Source: Desulfobulbus propionicus DSM 2032 (lineage in GTDB: Bacteria; Desulfobacterota; Desulfobulbia; Desulfobulbales; Desulfobulbaceae). Taken from it: a stretch of DNA of 32,000 nt. Positions within the stretch are counted from its first letter, which is position 1. Each line of letters opens with the position of its first letter. Location: positions 780,001-812,000 of the forward strand of contig NC_014972.1 of assembly GCF_000186885.1 (NCBI RefSeq). The letters run 5' to 3'. Positions 25,793 through 32,000 of this stretch are shown piece after piece. The notes under the pieces were generated by a model that did not search any database, was not told where the DNA came from, and saw nothing but the letters and a program-made list of their open reading frames with translations. Made by a program: the position numbers and the translations under genes.

Positions 25793-25821
25793 TTGTTTAT
25801 ACAATTACAAAAAATTAAGAT
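25793..25821 (+). promoter_or_regulatory. Candidate promoter in the AT-rich fba/ridA divergent region
   Basis: TTGTTT (25793-25798), a 17-nt spacer, then TAAGAT (25816-25821). The same AT-rich block may also serve the divergent fba gene. Confidence 0.3.
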
Positions 25822-25855
25822 GAACTTTGTAGAGGGCAAGGAAAAATTCCCTGAT

Positions 25856-25882
25856 GACGCGGTGGGCGCGTCTTTTGTTTTT
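25856..25882 (+). terminator. Intrinsic-terminator-like hairpin plus U-tract upstream of ridA
   Basis: GACGCG (25856-25861), loop GTGGG, CGCGTC (25867-25872), then TTTTGTTTTT (25873-25882). It ends 77 nt upstream of the ridA ATG. No plus-strand gene lies upstream for it to terminate. Confidence 0.45.
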
Positions 25883-25958
25883 ACCCGGGGCGGTAGAGCC
25901 ACCCGAGCGAGTGTTTTCACGCAACCGCCTGCTTTTTTCAACATGCAAGGAGCAAACG

Positions 25959-26339
25959 ATGAACAGAACACCAATTCAGAGCCCCAAGGCCCCGGCCGCC
26001 ATCGGTCCCTACTCGCAGGCGATAGCCACCGATACCCTGTTGTTCACGTCCGGTACTTTGGCCATTGATCCGAAAATCGGCACCATTCCTGAGGGAACGA
26101 TCGAGGAGCATGCCCACCAGGTTTTTCGCAACCTGGCCGCGGTGGCCGAGGCGGCCGGCACCAATTTGTCTCGGGCGATCAAGGTGACGGTCTATTTGAC
26201 GGACATGGCTGATTTCAACCAGGTGAACGCGGTATACAGTCATTATTTTCAGCAACCGTATCCAGCGCGCAGCGCCGTCGAGGTGGCCGCCCTGCCCTTG
26301 GGAGCCGATATTGAGGTTGAGGCCGTCCTAGCCCTCTGA
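25959..26339 (+). CDS. ridA: RidA/YjgF/TdcF-family reactive-intermediate (enamine/imine) deaminase
   Basis: 126 aa: PKAPAAIGPYSQAIATDTLLFTSGTLAIDP...VTVYLTDMADFNQVNAVYSHYF...PARSAVEVAALPLGADIEVEAV. AAGGAG lies 7 nt upstream of ATG 25959. Confidence 0.93.
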   Translation: MNRTPIQSPKAPAAIGPYSQAIATDTLLFTSGTLAIDPKIGTIPEGTIEEHAHQVFRNLAAVAEAAGTNLSRAIKVTVYLTDMADFNQVNAVYSHYFQQPYPARSAVEVAALPLGADIEVEAVLAL

Positions 26340-26494
26340 GCACTGTTTTCGTGGAGGACGGGGTGCCGTTCCGTCCGGGGAGAGGCCGCAGCCTCGCGGT
26401 CAAGCGGAAGATCGGCGAATCGGGGCGGATCGTCCCTGGGGAAACGCCGCTGTTTTCTGCCCTGTCAGACGCTTGGCGGTTCCATAAAAAATGT

Positions 26495-26523
26495 TTGACA
26501 GCCCGAGCCTTTTGAAATAGATA
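26495..26523 (+). promoter_or_regulatory. Candidate sigma70-type promoter upstream of the crt operon leader
   Basis: TTGACA (26495-26500), a 17-nt spacer, then TAGATA (26518-26523). It is preceded by the A-tract CCATAAAAAATG. Confidence 0.5.
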
Positions 26524-26619
26524 TTACGCACTTCGCGCCTACCCGATTTTTTCCCGTAATACCGGGTGCTGTGCCGCTTTGCAGGAGCGAGGCTGCTCGC
26601 CAACAGAGAACTTTTTTAT

Positions 26620-26670
26620 GGGTAAGGGGTTCGTGTCTGGTCCTGTCATCCCCCTCTACCCTTTTTTTTT
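26620..26670 (+). terminator. Terminator/attenuator hairpin with a T9 tract inside the crt leader
   Basis: GGGTAAGGGG (26620-26629) pairs with CCCTCTACCC (26652-26661): 5 bp, one mismatch, then 4 bp including one G-U. Nine consecutive T follow (26662-26670). It ends 57 nt upstream of the crt start. Confidence 0.55.
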
Positions 26671-26727
26671 GATGGATCATCTGAACTGAACAGCAATTTC
26701 TTATCACCCCTGAACAAGGAGGAAACG

Positions 26728-27522
26728 GTGGCCTATTCATCCATTGAACTCACCTGTACCGACGACGGAATTGCACGACTGACCTTCAATCGCCCCAAAG
26801 CCCTCAACGCCCTTAACTCCTCCCTTCTCGAGGAACTCTCCGCTGCCCTCGACAGTATCAAGCACGATGAAACCATCCGGGTTCTCATTCTGACCGGAGC
26901 CGGCGAAAAATCCTTCATTGCCGGAGCCGACATTACTGAAATTGCCACGTTAACGCCGCTGGGCGCAAAAAAATTCGCCCAATTGGGGCAAGAAGTGATC
27001 AGTTCCCTGCAGGGGCTCGCGATCCCTGTCATTGCCGCGGTCAACGGCTATGCCTTGGGAGGCGGCTGCGAAATGGCCCTGGCCTGTGATTTTATCTATG
27101 CTTCGGAAAAGGCCATCTTCGGTTTGCCGGAGATCACCCTGGGGGTCATCCCCGGCTTTGGCGGCACCCAGCGATTGCCCCGCCTGATCGGCGCCAATCG
27201 GGCCAAGGAGATGATTTTCACCGGCAAGCATTTGAGCGCGCCTGAAGCCAAGGAGATGGGGCTGGTCAACAAGACTTTTGCTCCGGAGGAATTGATGCCG
27301 GCCGCCATGGAGACGGCCAAGCTCATCGCCACCAAGGGCAAGGCCTCGCTCTGCGCGGCCAAGCAGACGGTTAACCAGGGATTGAACACCGACCTGGCCA
27401 CCGGGCTGTGCATCGAACGGGATGCCTTTGCCCTCTGTCTGGCCAGCCCGGATGCGAAAGAAGGCACCACTGCTTTTCTGGAGAAACGCAAACCGGTCTT
27501 CAAGGGCGATCTGAATGGCTGA
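26728..27522 (+). CDS. crt: Short-chain enoyl-CoA hydratase (crotonase)
   Basis: 264 aa with a GTG start and AAGGAGG 6 nt upstream. Blocks include RPKALNALN, VLILTGAGEKSFIAGADI, AAVNGYALGGGCEMALACD and FGLPEITLGVIPGFGGTQRL. Confidence 0.93.
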   Translation: MAYSSIELTCTDDGIARLTFNRPKALNALNSSLLEELSAALDSIKHDETIRVLILTGAGEKSFIAGADITEIATLTPLGAKKFAQLGQEVISSLQGLAIPVIAAVNGYALGGGCEMALACDFIYASEKAIFGLPEITLGVIPGFGGTQRLPRLIGANRAKEMIFTGKHLSAPEAKEMGLVNKTFAPEELMPAAMETAKLIATKGKASLCAAKQTVNQGLNTDLATGLCIERDAFALCLASPDAKEGTTAFLEKRKPVFKGDLNG

Positions 27523-27560
27523 CAATGGAATGTGAAACAGAAACAAGGAGCGAGAGGTCT

Positions 27561-28850
27561 ATGAACGAGGTGGTGATAGTTAGCGGATGCCGGACTGCGG
27601 TGGGTGCCTTTGGCGGCAGTCTGAAAAATACGCCCGTTGTCGCCCTGGGGGCGGCCGTCATGCGCGAGACCCTGCGCAAAGTGGGGCTGCGGCCGACAGC
27701 CAGCGTGGACATGCGGTCGGTGGCGCCTGGCAAGCTCAAGGATCAGGGAGAGCTCGAACTGGAACGGAAGTATGCTGTCTGGGATACGGCCGCCGCCGAG
27801 ATCAGTCTCGACGAGGTAATCATGGGCAATGTGCTCCAGGCCGGACAGGGGCAGAATCCAGCTCGTCAGGCGATGATCCAGGCCGGTATCCCCAAGGAAA
27901 CTCCCGCGTTCACCATCAACAAGGTGTGCGGTTCCGGCCTCAAGGCCATCGCTCTGGGTGCCCAGTCGATCATGACCGGCCAGGCAGAGGTGGTCCTAGC
28001 GGGTGGTCAGGAAAACATGAGCATGGTGCCCATGGCCTTACCCAAGGCCCGCTGGGGGTATCGAATGGAACTCACCGGCGTTGGCGAGGTGTACGACCTG
28101 ATGGTCTTCGACGGGCTCTATGAGATTTTTTACGGCTACCACATGGGTGTCACCGCTGAAAATATTGCCCGAATGTACAACATCAGCCGCGAAGATCAGG
28201 ACCGGCTGGCGGCGTTGAGTCATTCCAGGGCACTCCGGGGCATCAAGGAGGGGCTGTTCCAAGAGGAGATCGTGCCAATCGCAGTCAGAGCCGGCAAGCA
28301 GGAGGTGAGCTTCGCGCAGGATGAGCGGCCGATGGAAACCTCGATGGAGAAAATGGCCAAGCTGAAACCTGCTTTTGCCAAGGATGGCACGGTCACCGCC
28401 GGCAATGCCTCGGGCATCAACGACGGCGCTGCGGCCGTGTTGCTGATGAGCGCGACCAAGGCCAAACAGATGGGCCTGAAACCTTTGGCTACCATCGAGG
28501 GGTTTGCCTCTGGCGGCCTCGATCCTGCCTACATGGGCATGGGTCCGGTACCGGCTATCCAGAAGGCGCTCAAGCAGAGCGGCAAGACCATCGGCGACAT
28601 CGACATGATCGAGCTCAACGAGGCTTTTGCCGCCCAGGCCATTGGCTGTATGCTGGAGTTGGGCATTGATGTGGAAAAGCCCAATCAACTGGGCAGCGGT
28701 ATCTCCATGGGGCACCCGGTCGGCTGCACCGGCGCCCGGCAGATGGTGACCGCCATCCATCAAATGCAGCGGCAGCAGCATGGGACCGGTCTGATCAGCA
28801 TGTGCATCGGTGGCGGCATGGGCATGGCCATGGTGATCAGCAACAAGTAA
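27561..28850 (+). CDS. Acetyl-CoA C-acetyltransferase (biosynthetic/degradative thiolase II) with a ~35-aa N-terminal-region insertion
   Basis: [22 protein letters not shown]; the catalytic Cys is in [11 protein letters not shown]; [11 protein letters not shown]; the His is in [12 protein letters not shown]; the Cys is in CIGGGMG. The start is trimmed to ATG 27561, with AAGGAG upstream. Confidence 0.93.
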   Translation: MNEVVIVSGCRTAVGAFGGSLKNTPVVALGAAVMRETLRKVGLRPTASVDMRSVAPGKLKDQGELELERKYAVWDTAAAEISLDEVIMGNVLQAGQGQNPARQAMIQAGIPKETPAFTINKVCGSGLKAIALGAQSIMTGQAEVVLAGGQENMSMVPMALPKARWGYRMELTGVGEVYDLMVFDGLYEIFYGYHMGVTAENIARMYNISREDQDRLAALSHSRALRGIKEGLFQEEIVPIAVRAGKQEVSFAQDERPMETSMEKMAKLKPAFAKDGTVTAGNASGINDGAAAVLLMSATKAKQMGLKPLATIEGFASGGLDPAYMGMGPVPAIQKALKQSGKTIGDIDMIELNEAFAAQAIGCMLELGIDVEKPNQLGSGISMGHPVGCTGARQMVTAIHQMQRQQHGTGLISMCIGGGMGMAMVISNK

Positions 28851-28910
28851 GCATCCACCGGCTGGTGGCCAGCCGGTGCAATAGAGATTAACGAAGGGGG
28901 AACAACAGCG

Positions 28911-29762
28911 ATGGAAGTGAAGACATTCGGCGTGATCGGCGCCGGCCAGATGGGCAACGGCATTGCCCAGGTTGCCGCGGCCAGCGGCCTCAACGTGATC
29001 ATGAACGACATCAAGCAGGAATTCGTTGACCGCGGATTGGCCAACATCGCCAAGAATCTGCAGCGTAACGTCGACAAGGGTAAGATGGCCGCCGACGAAA
29101 AGGACAAGATTCTTGCTCGGATCAAGACCTGTACCGATTTGAAGGATATGGCTGCGGCTGACTTCGTGGTCGAGGCCGCTTCCGAGAACGAGGCGATCAA
29201 ATTTAAAATTTTTGAAAATCTGGAAGAAATCTGCGCCCCGCATGTCATTCTCGCTTCCAACACCTCCTCCATCCCGATCGGTCGCATCGCTTCCCATACC
29301 AAGCGGCCGGACAAGGTGATCGGCATGCATTTCATGAATCCGGTGCCGGTGATGAAATTGGTGGAGGTGATCTGCGGTCTGGCCACCTCGGCCGAGACCC
29401 TGGAGACCACCCTTGCCCTGACCAAGCGGATGGAAAAAACCCCGGCCCAATCCAACGATTTCCCTGGATTCATTGCCAATCGTATCCTGTTGCCGATGAT
29501 CAACGAGGCCATCTTCTGCCTCTACCACGGAGTGGGCAAGAAAGAGGATATCGACACCGTCATGAAATTGGGCATGAACCATCCCATGGGACCGCTGGCC
29601 CTGGCCGACCTCATCGGTTTGGATACCTGTTTGGCCATCATGAATACCCTGTACCAGGGGCTGGGCGATTCCAAGTACCGTCCGTGCCCATTGCTGCGCC
29701 AATATGTCGAGGCAGGCTGGTTGGGACGCAAGAGCGGCAAGGGCTTTTACACCTACGAGTAA
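28911..29762 (+). CDS. hbd: 3-hydroxybutyryl-CoA dehydrogenase
   Basis: 283 aa. Blocks include FGVIGAGQMGNGIAQVAA, SNTSSIPI, GMHFMNPVPVMKLVEV, FPGFIANRILLPMINEA and MGPLALADLIGLD. Confidence 0.95.
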   Translation: MEVKTFGVIGAGQMGNGIAQVAAASGLNVIMNDIKQEFVDRGLANIAKNLQRNVDKGKMAADEKDKILARIKTCTDLKDMAAADFVVEAASENEAIKFKIFENLEEICAPHVILASNTSSIPIGRIASHTKRPDKVIGMHFMNPVPVMKLVEVICGLATSAETLETTLALTKRMEKTPAQSNDFPGFIANRILLPMINEAIFCLYHGVGKKEDIDTVMKLGMNHPMGPLALADLIGLDTCLAIMNTLYQGLGDSKYRPCPLLRQYVEAGWLGRKSGKGFYTYE

Positions 29763-29836
29763 TCCAGGAGCGAGCGCTTTTGGGGGAACCGAGGGCATGA
29801 ACCACGTCCAAGGTGCCGCTTGGGAGGAACAAGTAA

Positions 29837-30286
29837 ATGAGTGAACCGGCGTTTCAGGATCAGTACCCCGATGATTACGCCCACTGCTATGGGTGCGGGC
29901 GGTTGCATGCTGAAGGGCACCACCTGAAGAGTTATTGGGATGGAGAGGAAACCGTTTGCCGGTATACCCCTGATCCCAAATATACCGGTGGGTTCCCGGG
30001 GTTCCTCTATGGCGGCATGATTGCCTCGCTGATCGATTGTCACGGCGCGGGGACCGCCGCGGCAGCCAAGGCCAGGCAGGATGGCAAGCCGATTTCCCGC
30101 TTCGTCACCGCTTCATTGAAGGTGGACTATCTGGCACCGACGCCGATCAATACCGAGTTGGAGATTCGCGGCAAGGTGGTGGAAATCAAAGGTCGGAAGG
30201 TGATCGTCGATCTGGTGGTGTTCGCCGCCGGCACAACCTGCGCCACTGGCACGGTGGTGATGGTGCAACTGAAGGAGCAGAACTGA
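29837..30286 (+). CDS. Hotdog-fold thioesterase (PaaI family-like)
   Basis: 149 aa. The N-terminal HCYGCG motif is followed by GFPGFLYGGMIASLIDCHG and a C-terminal beta-sheet region (LEIRGKVVEIKGRKVIVDL). GGGAGG lies upstream. Confidence 0.75.
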   Translation: MSEPAFQDQYPDDYAHCYGCGRLHAEGHHLKSYWDGEETVCRYTPDPKYTGGFPGFLYGGMIASLIDCHGAGTAAAAKARQDGKPISRFVTASLKVDYLAPTPINTELEIRGKVVEIKGRKVIVDLVVFAAGTTCATGTVVMVQLKEQN

Positions 30287-30464
30287 GCGCCGGTTGATCC
30301 GGCGCCGACGGTGCGCATCCCGTGATGCACCGACAAGACGGGATTCCGGCGAGTTCACCTGGGGCGGGTGAACGGCCGACAGAGGCGTGCGTGAACCTGT
30401 TTACGAGAGATTGATCAGGGCCAAGCGCGGAACGAGCACACAGACTATCTTGGGGGAAATACAC

Positions 30465-31610
30465 ATGAATTTCGAATTGACAGAAGAGCAAAACTTGATC
30501 CGTGACATGGTCCGCAGTTTTGCCGAGACGGAAGTGGCTTCGTCCGCGGCCGAGCGGGACGAGAACGAGCGTTTTGACCGGGCCCTGATGTTTGATCGCC
30601 TGGCCGAACTGGGCTTGACAGGTATCGTCTTTCCGGAAGAGTATGGCGGAGCCGGCGCCGATTATATCAGCTATGCCATCGCTGTCGAGGAGTTGTCCCG
30701 GGTGTGTGGCTCCACCGGCGTCACCCTGTCGGCCCATCTGTCCCTTTGCGCCAATCCCATCTATATGTTCGGTACCGAGGCACAGAAACAGAAATTCCTG
30801 GTGCCGCTGGCCAAGGGCGAGAAAATCGGTGGATTCGGCTTGACCGAGCCTTCCGCCGGCTCCGATGCCGGGGGCACCAAAACCACTGCCACCCGTGATG
30901 GCAACGACTGGATCCTCAACGGTTCCAAGATTTTTATCACCAATGCCGGCGAGGCCGAGACCTACGTGGTGCTCGCCCGCAGCGACAAGAATGCGGAAAA
31001 GCACCGCGGTATCAGCGCCTTTATCGTCGAGAAAGGTACCCCTGGATTTTCCTTCGGTAAAAAGGAAAAGAAGATGGGGATTCGCTCCTCGCCCACCATG
31101 GAACTGGTGTTCGAGAACTGCCGCATTCCCGGCGACAATCTGCTTGGCCAGGAAGGCCAGGGATTCAAGGTAGCGATGAAAACCCTGGATGGCGGCCGTA
31201 TCGGCATCGCAGCCCAAGCCCTCGGCATTGCCCAGGGAGCTCTGGATGCAGCCCTCGCCTACACCAAGGAGCGTGAGCAGTTCAACAAACCGATCGCCTC
31301 GTTTCAGGGCGTTTCCTTCCAACTGGCAGACATGGCCACCCAGGTCGAGGCCGCCCGTCTGCTGATTTACAACGCCGCCTATCGGGCCAGCAATGGTCTC
31401 TCCTATTCCCTGGAATCGGCCATGGCCAAATTGTTTGCCTCCGAGACCGCCATGCGGGTGACCACCCAGGCTGTCCAACTGCACGGTGGCTATGGGTACA
31501 CCCGTGAATTTCCGGTTGAGCGGATGATGCGCGACGCCAAGATCACCGAGATTTACGAGGGAACCAGCGAAGTCCAGCGCGTGGTTATCGGGGCCGCTTT
31601 GACTCGATAA
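30465..31610 (+). CDS. Short-chain (butyryl-CoA-type) acyl-CoA dehydrogenase
   Basis: 381 aa. Blocks include [53 protein letters not shown], and the catalytic-Glu block [20 protein letters not shown]. The start is trimmed to ATG 30465. Confidence 0.93.
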   Translation: MNFELTEEQNLIRDMVRSFAETEVASSAAERDENERFDRALMFDRLAELGLTGIVFPEEYGGAGADYISYAIAVEELSRVCGSTGVTLSAHLSLCANPIYMFGTEAQKQKFLVPLAKGEKIGGFGLTEPSAGSDAGGTKTTATRDGNDWILNGSKIFITNAGEAETYVVLARSDKNAEKHRGISAFIVEKGTPGFSFGKKEKKMGIRSSPTMELVFENCRIPGDNLLGQEGQGFKVAMKTLDGGRIGIAAQALGIAQGALDAALAYTKEREQFNKPIASFQGVSFQLADMATQVEAARLLIYNAAYRASNGLSYSLESAMAKLFASETAMRVTTQAVQLHGGYGYTREFPVERMMRDAKITEIYEGTSEVQRVVIGAALTR

Positions 31611-31662
31611 CAGACTCCGGCCGCCGCAGGCGGCTGGAGCACCTAACCTATTGATGATAAAC

Positions 31663-31698
31663 AAGAAGAGAGCTGCGGCGCAAGCTGCCTCTCTTCTT
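31663..31698 (+). other. Perfect 10-bp stem-loop between the acyl-CoA dehydrogenase gene and the next gene
   Basis: AAGAAGAGAG (31663-31672) pairs with CTCTCTTCTT (31689-31698) across a 16-nt loop. No clean U-tract follows, so it may be a processing or stability element or a weak terminator. Confidence 0.35.
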
Positions 31699-31751
31699 CT
31701 GCGCAAGCATGAAACACAACGTTTGTTTACGTGAAGGAAGGGGGAGCCTGG

Positions 31752-32000
31752 ATGGAGTTTACCCGTGAAATATATTGGAATGTCGGTCATGGGTTTACTA
31801 CCTTGGCACCCATGTACGGCCTGTTGTTGGTGGCCTTGACCATTTTTGTGATCGGTTTTCTTAAGCGGATCAAGGTCTATCGTCTCGGACAGCCCTTGGA
31901 TCGAACGGACCAACGAGGCGAACGAATCAAATATCTGCTGGAGAATGTGCTGCTCCAGACCAAGGTGATGCGGGTGCCCGGTCCGGGCACGGCGCATGCG
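31752..32000 (+). CDS. Membrane-anchored Fe-S oxidoreductase (HdrD/GlpC-like, NarI-type N-terminal membrane domain), N-terminal fragment running off the window
   Basis: Absent from the track because no stop falls inside the window. GAAGGAAGGGGGA lies upstream of ATG 31752. The translation is MEFTREIYWNVGHGFTTLAPMYGLLLVALTIFVIGFLKRIKVYRLGQPLDRTDQRGERIKYLLENVLLQTKVMRVPGPGTAHA. The REIYWN start, the first TM helix and the GxxH at the fragment end match my memory of the membrane Fe-S oxidoreductases encoded next to acyl-CoA dehydrogenase/ETF genes in anaerobes. Confidence 0.6.
   Translation, partial: MEFTREIYWNVGHGFTTLAPMYGLLLVALTIFVIGFLKRIKVYRLGQPLDRTDQRGERIKYLLENVLLQTKVMRVPGPGTAHA

Noticed and set aside
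28038-31997. 586-aa (28038-29798) and 603-aa (30186-31997) minus-strand ORFs
   Set aside because: They lie antisense to the thiolase, hbd, thioesterase and acyl-CoA dehydrogenase genes, all of which have strong family motifs and SD sequences. The antisense ORFs cross plus-strand intergenic regions without regard to gene boundaries.
1-32000. Window-wide scan for CRISPR arrays, tRNA/rRNA genes, IS elements, integrases, toxin-antitoxin pairs and sigma54 (TGGCAC-N5-TTGC) promoters
   Set aside because: I saw no regularly spaced direct repeats, no tRNA-like cloverleaf candidates in the intergenic regions, and no transposase or integrase-like ORFs. The few TGGCAC strings lack the TTGC element or lie inside genes.

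Overview
GC-rich bacterial chromosomal segment, well above 60% G+C by eye except for a few AT-richer genes. I can support 27 protein-coding genes, two of them truncated at the window edges and one a short ORF absent from the track. I found no rRNA, tRNA, CRISPR array, transposase or integrase. Most long ORFs in the six-frame track that lie antisense to these genes are shadow ORFs typical of high-GC DNA. Left to right: sulP fragment and tetR (-); a ygiQ radical-SAM gene coupled to an HI0933-like flavoprotein gene (-); an SDR epimerase-like gene with an unassigned C-terminal domain (+); sanA (-, AT-rich); a Cys-motif FMN alpha-hydroxy-acid dehydrogenase (-); tauE/safE (-); a CPA2 antiporter fused to a PTS-EIIA-like domain (+); dinB (-); a WbpP/TviC-like epimerase (+). 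A 530-bp intergenic region follows, holding a 53-codon membrane ORF and nested GGTGGGCA palindromes. Then aroC (fungal/plant-like signature) abuts a REC-adenylate cyclase gene (+). Next comes a tightly coupled trio (+): a DUF2868-like polytopic membrane protein, a DUF3482-like membrane GTPase, and a 661-aa B12-binding-like radical SAM enzyme. After that: glgP (+), orn (-), fba (-), ridA (+), and a crt-thiolase-hbd-thioesterase-acyl-CoA dehydrogenase operon (+) followed by the start of a membrane Fe-S oxidoreductase. The best candidate for an undescribed system is the membrane-protein/GTPase/radical-SAM trio at 16308-21374. Secondary leads are a promoter-plus-terminator leader upstream of the crt operon, a possible ~55-nt sRNA or attenuator upstream of ridA, and the ygiQ-flavoprotein pair. 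All family names come from my reading of the translated sequences, not from database searches.
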